The notes: generated by a model from the sequence alone, not told the origin. Shown: positions 1 to 13,520, counted from the first letter of the whole stretch. The stretch: DNA of 63,466 nt, filler included, from Reticulomyxa filosa (GCA_000512085.1; 25 parts of 25 records of this genome joined end to end with filler, not necessarily neighbours in it), one strand, 5' to 3'. Made by a program: numbers and translations.

Positions 1-97
1 CCTTTGGCAAAGTCACAGATAGAATGAGCGAATGCGATCCAATGCTATTTTGTCTCTGTCCCTGTGGGATCCTCCTGTGTCCATAAATGCTAAGTCT

Positions 98-2830
98 TTA
101 ATGCATCTTCAAACACGCATCGCACTCCATTATTTGACCATAGCTACATATCAGACCATGATCCTTCAACAGCGCATACGTATTATCATTGTCCATATGT
201 GGAAATAAATTATTCAATAAATGCCAAATTTCATCCAATAGCATTTGCATTTCGCTGTCATTGGGATTGCAATTTCCCTTTTTCATTGCGTCCACGACTT
301 CAACGTATTTTTGCAGAGCCACAATGATGACACCCAAGACATGGATTCTCCCAATAGCTGTGTAATACAATAATTATTGATACACAACATTTGCAAGACT
401 ACCGCTCATAACCTAGTTATCTGCGGTGCGCTGTCTATGTTGTTCGTACATTTGTATTATTTGTTCGCAGTACGAAGTAATAAGTCTGTACAATATCCGC
501 CCTTTCTGTCTTCTGATTTCCAATATCAAAACAGCCACAGTGATAAAAGAGATTAATGATGCTTTCTATCGTGATGACGCTTGTTTTGTTACCTCTTTTT
601 TCAACAACATTACTGGGGCTTGTCTGAAGTTTTGACTGGAGGAGATTTCTTATTTCCATTATCCTGTTCAATTGAAATTGGGAGGGAGTGATGATGGCTC
701 TTTTTTTTTTTTTTTGATGTTTTCGCAGTTGCACTTTCGGTTTCCCTCTTGCTTTTGCGGCAATGCCCATAATTCCTTGTTCTCGACAATTTTCTCGCAA
801 GGATGTTCTTTCACTTCCCACTATCGCTAGGATTGGAAGAGTGATCAGCACTAGCAGTAGACGGCTCATTAAGACGTTACCACTGTTTGATCAATACTTT
901 TTGTAGATGTGGAGTCATTGTTTTGTGGAGTTGTAGCTGCAGGCATAGTGTCGCCAGATGGATGCTCCCCACTTTTGTGATTCCGTGGATTTGATTAAAT
1001 AATCTCTTTTTTTTTTTTTAAGAGCTTTTTTGGATCCAAAAGAAATACTTGAAGTACCGCTTTTTATGTTCACTACTGGCTTGACTATTTTCTTGCTGCT
1101 TACTTTCATTGATTGCTTTTGCTCGGTGCCAGAAGCATTGGTTGATGGATCAGATGTAATTGCTTGTCCAAAAATGGAATATGCAAAGTTACAAACAGCT
1201 TTCATCTCCACAGTTGCATCAATAAAATATTTGTCTTGATTTTTTTTTTTAAAGATAATAACCTTTACTCTTTGTAATTGTGATGGCAAGTAATCAGGCT
1301 CGGCTTTAATTATTATGAAACACGCAGCTATAAATTATGTATTTATAGTTGAAGCATATATTCTTTGATACGATTTGGTCGATCGAAAAGTCAAGAGATG
1401 AATAGATTACTAACTAGAGGCAATCGTTTCCAGTAACAAAATCCACACAATGAGTAGAGGCAAATAACATTTCACGACAATTCGAAATGCGCTTTTCAAT
1501 ATCAAATGAGTGATTGTTCCATTGATTTTTTAAAATTCATTGATTATCATGATCATGTCCAATTCGCTTGTCTTGAGTAATCCCACAAACCTTTTTTCCA
1601 AAAATTCCTTGAATAAAAGCAACTTGACAAATAATTGCTGCGTTTGTTGTTGGAATTTGTAATCTTCACTGAGTAATATTTCCAAATCTGTCAACTACAA
1701 GCTGTGTCAATAAGTAATTGAAAAGTCTCAAATAAAGGAATAAAAAAAGAAATGATACATATATATTTTAAAAAATATATATATACAAGTGTACTCTATA
1801 GTTTTTGTGTTTGCAGTCTAGAATGAAAACTCATACCATTTATAGGCTGATCCAATCGGACAATTGGCGTGAAGTGTCATGGATAGTACAAAGTTGATCA
1901 TTGCCAATCTATTGCTACTTTCACAGCGAAGGGAGCGTTGGTTTGCCGAATTTCAATGTTTCACGAATTTGCAAGTTTTCATGTGCTCCTTGTACCGGCA
2001 CTTTCAAATCTTTCAATGTTTGCAGAAATTGAGCGTCGTTAGAATGTTTTTGGTGGACAGTGGCTCTTGCAGTCGGTGTCAATAATTCTGTTTTCCTAAC
2101 CATATCGTTCATCTGCTTCGTTGTTTTTTTTCCACTGCTTTTGGTATTTGATTTAGTCACCAATGTATATATACATATATATGTATATATCAAACACACA
2201 AACATGTTGGTATTTGTCCACGATTTGCTCAAAGATAATCTCCAATTGGGTCGTTATTAATTCACGTCGTTTAACCCGTGCGCTAGATTCGTGAAAACCA
2301 TCATTTGCTGTGGATTCAGTTGGCTTTTTTTCTGACAAACAAATCAACAGAGTTCCCATGCATAGCTCATATCCATGTTCAAGCCATTGATTTTCTTCAA
2401 ACAAAAAAATATATACATATACAAAGTAAGATATCTTTGACACTAAGAAATGCATACAAACATTAGATAAGACAAAGGATTGTCAGTGAATTAAACGACA
2501 GATGATGTCCTACACTGTGCCTCATTCAATGATAATAAAAGCATTCGAATGTGTTTTGTGATTTCTTCTTCGAACTTGGCTGTTGAATTCATCTTTTGTG
2601 TTGAAATTGAGCAGTGGTACTGTCCTACTCATTGTCGGTAAAGGAATGAAGAATCCACAGACGAAAATGCTTATTGCTGGACGGACAAGATTGAATGCTT
2701 TAATGTATATATTTTCATTTCCGCTAATCTTGATTGAGAAATAGTCCAATCACTGCCAATCAATTCATACAATATGCCATCAGAGTTATAACACGATTGC
2801 GCTGCATCTGTCGATTATTGTCTTTATTAT
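98..2830 (-). pseudogene. Degenerate multi-exon gene of unknown family
   Basis: Coding-like minus-strand segments (e.g. ELIGSDWTISQSRLAEMKIYTLKHSILSVQQ*AFSSV..., ENQWLEHGYELCMGTLL) separated by TA-rich introns and broken by TAA/TGA stops. Confidence 0.45.
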
Positions 2831-3096
2831 TTTAATTGTAGCTGGCGATATGTTGAAAAATATCACAAAAAATAAAAATTACTTAACTACTGATATCCCG
2901 AGCGGGATATAATCTTTTCTTCAAATTAAAAAATAAATAATAATATCTTATTCTTTTCTTTTTTCTTTTATTTTTTTTTACTTGAAACTTATTCTTTTTT
3001 TTTTTCTTTTTCCATATATATATTTTTTCTTTCATTTCCTTTTTCTTTTATCTTTTTTATTGTGCCATTTTTTCTTATTTGTCTTCTCCCTTTTTT

Positions 3097-3196
3097 NNNN
3101 NNNNNNNNNNNNNNNNNNNNNNNNNNNNNNNNNNNNNNNNTTAATTAATTAANNNNNNNNNNNNNNNNNNNNNNNNNNNNNNNNNNNNNNNNNNNN
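3097..3196. other. Artificial contig spacer (44N-TTAATTAATTAA-44N), first of 24
   Basis: Identical 100-nt spacer with stops in all six frames. Other copies start at 5438, 8099, 11341, 16967, 19644, 22121, 26506, 29977, 37329, 38612, 39904, 41092, 42367, 44263, 46326, 47719, 48819, 52591, 56878, 57978, 59717, 61096, 62258. Confidence 0.99.
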
Positions 3197-4936
3197 CAAT
3201 CTGATCATTTAGACTCACATTGAAATGGATAATGTTTCAAACACAATCTTTTTCATGTCTTGTCGTGGCGCAAGGTATGGCTTGAATTAATTTGGATTGA
3301 GCAATTAATACAATTTCATCCTCGCGATTAACATAAATTGCAAATTGCAATTTTTTAACATCTTTGCAACTGCTGCTCGGCAAGCTGGACCATTCAATTA
3401 CCGACTTTCCATCTTCGCAAAACGAAGATAGGATTTAATCACTGGAAACGCCGGTAATGTTCGTGAAGTGATGTTTTCATTCATTGCTTTGGTTTTTGAT
3501 TTGAGACATTCCCTTTCCACCATCTCGTGGATCTTTGGACCCATGGGATTGATCACATTTTTCAAATTGGTCGGATCACGAGTGCCGACAGCAGGAGTGG
3601 ATGAATCGTTTGCAGTACTGCCAGCGTTATCGTCTAAGACTGCGCTGACACTGAACGGAGTGGCTCCGTGTTTCGCAAAATGTAGCGGGGTGTCGATAAT
3701 GCCGTTGCCCATAGCGGATGGATTGCGACTCTTTTTTTTGGGATTCGCTAGTAATGGGGGGGGCGGGGGCCCTTCGTAAACCCGCAAATAATACTGCTAG
3801 GCTCAAATTAATCTTTTTAGGTAGATTGATGCAAATGCTCTTCTTCAGTGCGAAGACACCAGGAATGGGTGGTAGTCCGACGAGTTCGGTTTTACAAGTG
3901 GTTTGGGCGTCTCAGGTTTGTTTGAAATTGCAGATGGTTTGTTGGTATTGACATTGACATTGACATTGACATTGACATTGACGTTGATATTAACATTGAT
4001 ATTAGCATTAATGTTGACATTGACACTAGCATTGATATTAGTATTGATATTAATATTGACATTGGAAGAGACAAGTGAAAAAAGAGAAATATCTTTCTTT
4101 GTTGAACTTTGCTCTTCCACACTTTTAGAAGATACAGGTGTTGCAGTGTGCTCACTCACTTTTGGTATCTCCTTTGCTATTTTTTTTGTTGTCATTGTCA
4201 TTGCCATTGTCGTTGTGGTTGTTGCTGGTATCGATTCCAGTGCCAGTGTAGCTGCAGTCATCGCCGACGGATCGATTTGTACTTCATTTTTGTTACCTGC
4301 ATTAGCATTGATGCTATCATTGTCATTCCTCACCTTTTCTTGCTCATTTGAAGGAAAGACATTGTTGTTGATAACGATATTGTTATTGTTATGTTATTGT
4401 TATTAGTATTAACATTGTTATGATTTGAAAAAGTGTATTTTTTGTATGATTTAGCATAAAATCCTGGAATTGACGAATCCTGATTAAGAGGTCCCTTGTT
4501 TCTTTTTTATATGTTCTGTTTTCGTGGATAATTGCATTTAAATGGAACGATTCGTATTCACTCAATTGATCGTTACAAACGGTGAACTGTGCGACCAGAC
4601 TTCTCGATTGGAAAAGCAACTTATGCTTTGACTTTTGGAGCCAACGGTCCATTACATCTCCAATTTCCTTGGCCAAGACCAAGACCAAGACCAAGACCAT
4701 GCCACAAACGTTTTTTAATTTTTTCAACCATATCATTGCCAGCAATTCGATACAATAGCAAATTCAATTGTTTGTTCCTCCTCTTGTCCGTTCAATCACA
4801 ACAGATTTTTGATCTTTGTTTGAAGGATCGGAACACCGTACTTTGACGAGTGTCCTCCATACTGGACTGCTTTTTATCTTGCAAATAGATTCATATCTTC
4901 CTTTTTTATTTTAAATAGATTTCGAGCATGTACACG

Positions 4937-4968
<32 letters not shown>

Positions 4969-5330
4969 TATATACACACAGATAAATGCATATATATATT
5001 ATACTGTTCGTAATGCATGCAATTGCTTTTGCAGCGCCGCATTTTCTGACTCTAATTCTGCGATGGTAATTTTTTTAGTGTTCAGTTTCTTTGGTATTGA
5101 TATTGGTAGTGGGTAGTGGTAGGATCGACAATTGGAGAGGCTTTTGGTAGTATGTAAGTACTCATTGTCGCGACATCTTCACTAATTTCCAACTGGAAAG
5201 TAAATATTTTTCTTTCGACTAGACGCCGCTGGTGGTGCAGTTGACAATGGTTGTGACGACTGTTCACTTTTGTACTCAGGTATTCGGTCTGCACGCTATC
5301 TTGTTGTCGTCTTGATCATCAGATAGCAAT
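3197..5330 (-). pseudogene. Fragmented low-complexity protein gene (Asn-Val/Asn-Ile repeats, poly-Pro)
   Basis: Consecutive minus ORFs 5082-5294, 4389-4745, 3845-4333, 3398-3787, with frameshifts and an in-frame TAA at 3398-3400 followed by more coding-like sequence. Confidence 0.4.
3949..4062. repeat. (TGACAT)n-type hexamer repeat encoding NV/NI dipeptides on the minus strand
   Basis: TTGACA/TTGATA/TTAACA tandem hexamers are directly visible. Confidence 0.85.
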
Positions 5331-5537
5331 GCAAATAACGCAGGAAACTCTTTTTCCATCAAAATTTAGTTCCTTCTTCTCTTGTCTGCATTAATTATTA
5401 TTATTATTATTATTATTATTATTGCTATTACAAATGTNNNNNNNNNNNNNNNNNNNNNNNNNNNNNNNNNNNNNNNNNNNNTTAATTAATTAANNNNNNN
5501 NNNNNNNNNNNNNNNNNNNNNNNNNNNNNNNNNNNNN

Positions 5538-5614
<77 letters not shown>

Positions 5615-5669
5615 TATAATTATATTTACATTCATTTTTTTTTTTTAAATTCAAGAAAAAAAAAAATAC

Positions 5670-6460
5670 AATGTCATTTTTCCAATATCTTGAAATTTGT
5701 TCAGAATATTTTTCTTTTACAAATGCGTTGTCAATAATATTCCATTTGTGCTTAAGACAACAGTACAACATATCTAATTGGCTGCCGTTCACATGCCATT
5801 TGCGAATGCTATGCCAAGGGAATGTACTCAATCGATCAATCGTATTTACATTTCCATCTGACTTATTATCGACACTCTCATTCAATAGTTTTGGAAATGC
5901 TTCAATCCTTACCTGGCTTGATTTGTGTTCAATCTGTAAATTCACTCTTGTTCTTTCAGGTCCGAAAATATTAAATTTTCTTTCAAATTTTAACGTGTAC
6001 TTTTTTTTTGTTTAAAAAAAACAAAGTATTTTGGATTTTTTTTTATGTCATTTTTTTTTTTTTTTTTTACCTTTTTAAATAAGACAGGATTCAAAGTAAA
6101 TACACGCCAAAGTGATTTGGATACAAGAGGCAAATCTTCAAAAGAATCATGGCCCAAAAAAGAGAAAATATATGCTTGAATAGTCATTGGCAAAATTTCA
6201 TCAAAGGAGCCCGTATGCAAATATGTATCATGCATCTTGTTTTGTACTGAAAAAAAGTCTGTTTTATTTTCACTCTTTTGGCTTTTTTCTATTTCTACGT
6301 TTACCTTATTCTTAATCATTTCTTTCAACTCTTCAAAACTAAAGATTATTACAAATCTTGTCAAGTCTTTTATATTTCGTGCTTTGTCTATTCGATGTAA
6401 TACTTGCTTATACACGTGAAATAATTGCGTTTCTTTGAAATTTATAGTAAAGGGATTCAT
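5670..6460 (-). CDS. F-box-like protein, 5' part (exons 6460-6071 and 5999-5670)
   Basis: DEILPMTIQAYIFSFLGHDSFEDLPLVSKSLWRVF resembles an F-box. The GT..AG intron 6070-6000 joins the two ORFs in frame. The contig ends in the next intron. Confidence 0.55.
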
Positions 6461-6979
6461 CTTTTTTTGTTCTTTTATTATCTGGAAGATTTTTTTTAGC
6501 TGGTCACAAAGTTCAACAAAAAAATAAGTTCGTTTACAACTAAAAACCTATTAGGTTGCTGTGATGATTTATGATTCAAATATGCAAACTGGTGCAATAA
6601 AAACAAATTTCAACGCAACAAAAACGATCAAAGGATGCGTAAAGAGGAGATTTAGACAAACATTACATTATCTCCTTTTTTGATTTGTGCTTACAAAAAA
6701 AAGAGATTGTATTGATTTTGAATTCAAACCTTTCTACAGTAGCTTTAAGCATTTGAAACAGCTTTTTTTTCTATCTGAAGAAGGCTATCCAAGTTGTGGG
6801 GTCAGTTCCACCAAAAAAAAACTCGCTTTTTTTTATATTATAAAAACAATAATTGATTACCAAATATTTTTGTGTTGGACAAACCAGCGAAAATACTTGT
6901 TTGAAATTTGTTTGTAAACCTCTTTTATGTCTTTCACAGTTACATAAAAATAACTTTATTTCTTGTTGGAAAATGTAAA

Positions 6980-8098
6980 TTATCTCCAGATACGAATGGG
7001 ACCATTTCTCGAACCATAACACAAGTTAATATCACAATCACAATTAATTTCATTTTCATCTTTCTTTTTCAATGATAAAAATTTAAAACAATATATTCCA
7101 TTATCTTCAATTTTATCTCCTTTGATCACATACAATTCTTTTTTATTTAATCGAATATCCCAAAAACGAATTGTGTTATCAGTTGATCCAGAACATATTG
7201 TATTCAAGATACCACAAAATTCATTATTATCTACTTCAAATGGTGAATATTCGACAGTATAAACATAGCTTTTATGTCCATTGAACACTTGAATTTGTTT
7301 ACCAGATCGAATATCCCACAAACGAATACTTTTATCCATTGATCCAGATAATATTGTATTTACTAATCCATTTGGTCCATATTTGATACTTCTCACCATA
7401 TTTTCATGTCCTTTAAATACAATATGCCGTTTGTTTGTTTCGATATCCCATATTCGAATGGTTTTATCATCTGATCCAGAACAAATGGTATATCCACTTC
7501 CACCAATCACACCAATATTTTTACTTTGATTGTTGTTATTGCTATTGCTTTGCAATGGCGAAAAGACAACACACTCAACACCATACTCATGTCCATTGAA
7601 AACATGTAATGATTTGGATGTTTCAACATCCCATAAACGAATAGTATTATCACCAGATCCAGAACACAAATATCGACCACCATTAAATGACGAAAAGTCA
7701 ATTCCACCAACCCAGCCTTTATGTTGATTGAGTAATTGCAAATGTTGATTATGTTTGATATCCCAAAAGCGAATGGTTTTGTCCAGCGATGAAGAACAAA
7801 TGATATGACGACGATGATTATAGTAATGATATAATGAAAATTTTACACAGCGCACATAATCTGAATGTCCTTTGAATAATTGAATTTGTTTATTTGTCTC
7901 AATATCCCATACACGAACCGTTTTATCTTTTGATCCAGAACATATGAATTGACTGTCATCAAATAGTGCATTATCGATACTATACACAGCTTCAGTATGA
8001 CTAATAAATGTTTTGAGTGATTTGGAGGATGAACGAAATCGATCGAAATTAAGTGTAGGAACTGTTCCTGATGATGATGATGATGATGATGATGATGA
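6980..8098 (-). CDS. WD40-repeat protein (foraminiferan expanded family), 5' truncated
   Basis: About seven GH...SGSxDxTIRxWD repeats plus the family signature NIGVIGGSGYTICSGS. The frame stays open upstream to the contig end. Confidence 0.93.
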   Translation of the reverse strand, partial: SSSSSSSSSSGTVPTLNFDRFRSSSKSLKTFISHTEAVYSIDNALFDDSQFICSGSKDKTVRVWDIETNKQIQLFKGHSDYVRCVKFSLYHYYNHRRHIICSSSLDKTIRFWDIKHNQHLQLLNQHKGWVGGIDFSSFNGGRYLCSGSGDNTIRLWDVETSKSLHVFNGHEYGVECVVFSPLQSNSNNNNQSKNIGVIGGSGYTICSGSDDKTIRIWDIETNKRHIVFKGHENMVRSIKYGPNGLVNTILSGSMDKSIRLWDIRSGKQIQVFNGHKSYVYTVEYSPFEVDNNEFCGILNTICSGSTDNTIRFWDIRLNKKELYVIKGDKIEDNGIYCFKFLSLKKKDENEINCDCDINLCYGSRNGPIRIWR

Positions 8099-8229
8099 NN
8101 NNNNNNNNNNNNNNNNNNNNNNNNNNNNNNNNNNNNNNNNNNTTAATTAATTAANNNNNNNNNNNNNNNNNNNNNNNNNNNNNNNNNNNNNNNNNNNNAC
8201 GATGCTCTATATATACATATATATATGCA

Positions 8230-10500
8230 TATATATATCCCAACAAAACATCATACAAGGTCTCCTCAAGTCTTTGCATATTGCGAGTTATCAATGCGTC
8301 ATAGTGGTTATAATTGCTACAAAGTTGTCTTAGATTGTGTCATTCCATCACGTTTTTTCGAATTGTGCGTGTTATCTCGCACACGGATGATTGCATCAAC
8401 AGTGAAAAACGAGAGCGTGATTAAATGGTGAATACGGGATGTGCAAAGACAAAGATCCCCAGTTACAAGACAGTGGAACTAATCGAACTGAAGCAGCGAG
8501 TAATACAAATGAAGACATTGCGAAGTGAAGTCGGGACAGTCCATGTATAGCTGGACAATAATTCCAATATTGTGATGCATGATACACGACATCGTGATTA
8601 TCAATTGGTAGCAGTCTCAGGTGTGTGTGTGTTATTCTTTATCAATATTTATATTGAGTAGGATGAATTTGCTTTGTGAATATACCAAATGATGTGATTG
8701 CACAAAGTATTGATATTTGATCAGTATTTCCATCGAATGGAGGAGTGTGTGTGCCAATTATTCCACTGCGGACATGAAACGATGTAATGGCGAGTGGGCT
8801 TGAATATATATATACATATATATGTATATATTATAGTAATCAAAGTTTTGGATTCGGTGTAATCCTTTCACATGTGGAACCATTGTTTGTCGAAGAAGTT
8901 GGCCACAAGAATTTCCTGTTTGAATTTGAGATCACGTTATGATTCATCTTTTTGTGAAACGTGTGTATCTATGCAATTTCGGGGTATTGAAGAATGTACC
9001 AAATGGATTGTTGGAAAGAAGGGCCCAAAGCAAGAGATTCACTGCTTGTAATGCAGTCCACAATCTCACAATTTTCAATCCAACTGCTGGTCCATTGCTA
9101 CCCACACACTTTTTTACCGATACCGGCACTGACACAAATTGCAGCTCTATTACATACAAATATGTTGAAATTGTATGGACATTGGTTGATTATACTTCTG
9201 GAACACCTTCAATTTGATTGCCAATTATACGACATTGTGCAAAAAGGTTTTGACTTTATATATTTTCGAATATCAGTGCGACTCGGTGCAATCAATATCA
9301 ACACGTATACGAAAAGGTCACATCCAATCAAACGAATATACTCTCGATATCTGTTAACCCGTGATTTCAATTGTCACAGCGTCTGGATATGTTTACGAGT
9401 TGAACGTTGCATCCAAGGATGTTTTATTGAGAGACACGAGTGGGCAATCGTTGTTACATTTGGGAAGCAAATGAATTACATTTGAAATAAGCAAACAATT
9501 CCTCCAGGTAATGACACAAAATCAAATCCACGTGTTCAATCTCGTTATCAAAAAAGAAAATATCATTGGAGCACAATCTTTACCATGTATTGCAAAGATG
9601 GCCAGGAACAATCACAATGATAATCAATGGTCCCAGTAGTATTTGTCCATTTAACAATGCAATATTGCACAACCTATTCATTCGAACGAATGACCGACTC
9701 ACAAAATCGTATATCAATCAAAGTTTGTCTACTGGAGATGGTCGCGGTTATCGCTGACATGTATGAAAAAAGTTAAATGTGTCTACATACCAGTTACAAG
9801 TAAATGATAGACAAGCATTCACCAGAGTGAACCAAGTGATAGTTATTGTCTAGTTATTCTTCTGTGCCCGTATATTTGAACAGAAATTCAAGAAATTTTT
9901 GTCCAAGGTGGAATATTGGTTTAGAGGCTATTCAACAACTTGTCCAAAGCACGTTTTATTCCTCGACAACAGATGGATATTAGTACACTGTTCACAGACA
10001 CTTGAGTACATCCAACAATAGCGCCGCTCCAAATTATACCCCCCTTTACAAATTCACATTGCCACAAGCAATCAAACACTGAGTTGTGATCAACCAATTT
10101 ATTATAACACTGCTTCCAATTCGCCAATGTTGCCGTTGGATAAAGATATATGTTTGGAAAACAATTTAAATACAATTGCATGTGGGAACGTCTGACAAAC
10201 AAATGAATCGAATTAGGTTAAGCAATTTTGGGAACTGCCTCAACAAATTGGCCGATTGATATCACAGAAGATGGAATCCATGTCTATCGACAGAACGCAC
10301 TGCAATCATCAAATTACCCAACTCTGCTCTCTTCTTCATACATATCGCAATTACATCTCAAAAGCGGATTACTTCGTGGTAAACTTATAAGTCAATTCAT
10401 ACAATCGATATAAACTTAAGACAAGAACGAAAAGACAGCTTTACCCGGAGTTGTGATGATGTAAATGTGATTGTATTTTTAGAGAGAATAGTAGCAGAGA
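8230..10500 (+). pseudogene. Long degenerate gene of unknown family
   Basis: Coding-like stretches (KTKIPSYKTVELIELKQRVIQMKTLRSEVGTVHV*LD; ORF 8994-9485) with GT..AG introns and many stops/frameshifts. Confidence 0.4.
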
Positions 10501-11468
10501 ATGCATGATGAAGATTGATAGAAATGTATATTGTTTGTGTTATATTTTTCAGTTGTTGTAATATATCTCCACAAAACAATGTAAACATAGACTCTTTCAT
10601 TGTGCAATGCTTTACTTTAGGTTTGAATGTGATGGATAGAAGAAAAAAAAAAAAAGAGAAACGAAAGATCAGAGGAAAAAACGTGTGATCAATAGTAGCA
10701 ATGCAATAAACAGCAATGAATCATATGAAAAGGAGATGACGATAACAACGTATCGACCAAAAAAGTATGGACCTTATCGTGAGGGGCAAGATTTGTCCAG
10801 TCAATAGAGACAAACGTGGATGAAAAGAATCAATACAATGAATCTCTTGGAGTACGGCACGCCTTTTACCAAAATTATGTATGTGTAGTTATCAAAATCG
10901 ATGGAAAGAGCAAAACTTTCTCAAAGCCATTGAAGTTAAACATTTATTAGTGTCTTTTTTTTATAAGCAATTTAAAATTAATTTGTTGTTGTTTTTCTAT
11001 CTAAAGTTACAAGAATTAGCATATCATAAGGCTACAAACAGCGGAGCGATTGTAAGCCAGGTAATGGAGCCACAAATGAAGACAAAGAACATATACAAAA
11101 CATTAAAGCAAATTCTGTTGGCTTATCTCGGCAATTCAATTCAAATGAACAATTTATTTCTGCAGAAACACACGGTCCTCAAATCAATGTTTTAACAAAC
11201 GAAAAAAGGAAGATACTCATTTGAAAATCAAAAGACTGGATATTTAAATATTTGTTCAAATGTTGAAAGCTTCTGCAGAGATTATAATAGAAACAAACTG
11301 AAAAGATTAATCCATTTTGAAGAAGTATTGTGCTATCAATNNNNNNNNNNNNNNNNNNNNNNNNNNNNNNNNNNNNNNNNNNNNTTAATTAATTAANNNN
11401 NNNNNNNNNNNNNNNNNNNNNNNNNNNNNNNNNNNNNNNNATATATATATATGTATATGTATATAAAG

Positions 11469-12425
11469 ATGAAGCTGTTACGATTGCAGCAGATATAGGC
11501 ACAACAGATAGAGAGCATTTGAGTATGATAGTGTATCCACTTTGTAACGCGATGGGCTTGTGTTCGACAAATAACTACTCGATGCTTGCTGATTGGACAG
11601 TGTCGATATACGTATCTGGAAATAACACAATCACTTCCACGTATAGTTGCTTGGTCATGGATTCGGCCTCGATGCAATCTTCTTTTCCATTCGACAGCTA
11701 TTTGTTCACCAATGTATTGTATAGCTCCGAACAATATCGACATGATGTAGATACTTTGGTGCGTCTCAACTGCAACGCTCCCTCCACGGATGCACCTACC
11801 AGATTTCCTACTAGATCTCCTACAAGCGCACCGACGACATTCCAGGACGTGCAATTTGTGATCGTTGGGGGGTACACAGGGCAATGCTGTCCTCCCGAAA
11901 ATCAAAGCTGCGGTACACACTGCCAAAATCCCTCCACTGTGTTTACCATCAATATGACAAACTCTGCACGTGATTTGGATAACCCTTGCTTTGCTGCTCG
12001 CTATTACAATACTAGTGATGTGCAATGTGGCACTGTGGCAACTGCCAAATCCTTGTCCACAGGCAGGAGGGGTGCTCGTCTCATATACTACGATTGCGAT
12101 GGAAATGGGCCTACGCTTTGGGTCTTTGGCGGAAGTTCCTCTCGCACCTTTTCTTCTTCCAATTCTATCAAAAACGCTTATCCCACTTGTCCAGGTATAT
12201 TTATACGTGTCTATATAATGTTAATGATATATATTTGTGTGTGTGTGTGTGATGCGCTCTACAGTTCCGAGGCCGCATACACCTATTCTGCGCTGCACGA
12301 ATAGTGGTAGCAGTCATCATCGGTGGTGGCGTTCAATCAGCAGTGGTAGCAGTAGCAGTTCTGATTCCAGCTCTTCGTCGAGTGACAACTCTTTTGCTCA
12401 TTATCAACGCTCTCATTGGCATTAA
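11469..12425 (+). CDS. Cys-rich extracellular-type protein with PT-repeat stalk, 3' part (exons 11469-12194 and 12265-12425)
   Basis: APSTDAPTRFPTRSPTSAPTT repeat flanked by Cys-rich domains. Intron 12195-12264 joins ORFs 11519 and 12237 in phase (CCA G|TT). Confidence 0.7.
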
Positions 12426-13229
12426 TTGATTTTTGTTCTTTTTTTGTAAACGAAACATTTTTTTTTTTAAATTTGTGTTTCGATCCTTTTCTTACCTTTT
12501 TGTTTTGTTGTTGCTTTCTTTTGGGGCTCTCTTCTTATTCCGAACTTGCGATGCAAGTGAATTTTTTGGGGAACAGCAGGAATGAAAGAGAAGTTTCAGT
12601 TGGTGATATTCTGTGGTATATCTATCCTTTTTTCTAGATTTTACCTTTTTTTTGATTTTTTTTTTTAGCTCAAAAACATTATTTTTCTTTAAGTGCTGAT
12701 CTTGTGAACAGATGTTTAAGAGCTTCGTTTGTTCTCTTTATCTTTGGGTGGTGAATAAAATTTAATTCTACTTTTATCTTATCTTGGGTTGTTTGTCGAT
12801 TATATACACTTTAAATCACGAAAAACTTTTAAGTGTCAAATGTTATTGGCACATTCAACCGTCGATATCATGTAAGTATTCAAACTACCATTTTTGTAAC
12901 GTTACTGGAAGTGTATTGCTTTTGGACTATGATTAATAATATAAAATTCGTCTTCCTGAAGACATTTCAAAAACATAAAATATCATAATTTAAGTAACTT
13001 CTACTTTTTTTCTCTATAATCTATTTTCTTTATTAGAACCAAATTTCAAATTAGTTTTAACAAATTCATTTATAATATCTACATCAGACACCATTCCGTC
13101 CAATTCAACAATGTATATAGTTTCTCGACGAATTAGATAATTATGTTCAATCAATTTACCAATATATTGAGCAATCGACAGAACAATTAGTATGTATTTA
13201 TAATCATATTGTGTTAATGTAAGAATATA

Positions 13230-13520
13230 CTTACACTATATAAAACAATCACCAGATAGTTAATTATATTGCTTTGTGGATTTATTTGCAATCTGAATAT
13301 AAATGAAACATTTATTTTACCTAAATAATAATAAAAAATCAGACTTCCAACATCAATAGCTAAATAATTCATAACAACATAATGATATTCGATATAATTA
13401 AACATCATAGAAATGATTACATACATACATTGATATCATTATTTAAATCAACAGTATCAATTCGTCATATCAAGGTTGCATTGAGACACATGTCTCAACT
13501 ACCAATTATATCATCACATC
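13230..13520 (+). mobile_element. Possible highly decayed non-LTR retrotransposon RT C-terminal fragment
   Basis: Frame-hopping peptides VNYIALWI / MKHLFYL / KIRLPTSIAK / MSQLPI fall in the order of the LINE motifs VKYLG-D-KH-I..LPP. Weak. Confidence 0.3.

Noticed and set aside
3141-3152. TTAATTAATTAA as a biological repeat or CRISPR-like array
   Set aside because: It is always centred in 44N+44N, so it is an artificial six-frame stop linker.
3903-4406. Hydrophobic ORFs such as LTLTLT, CVCACAC (32569-32913) and LLLL (51923-52300) as membrane or metal-binding proteins
   Set aside because: They are antisense shadows of low-complexity coding repeats on the other strand.
98-10500. Alternative genetic code to explain in-frame stops
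   Set aside because: All three stop types occur together with frameshifts. Intact genes (PP2A, WD40, IMPase, PPR) have long stop-free frames and end in TAA, TAG or TGA.
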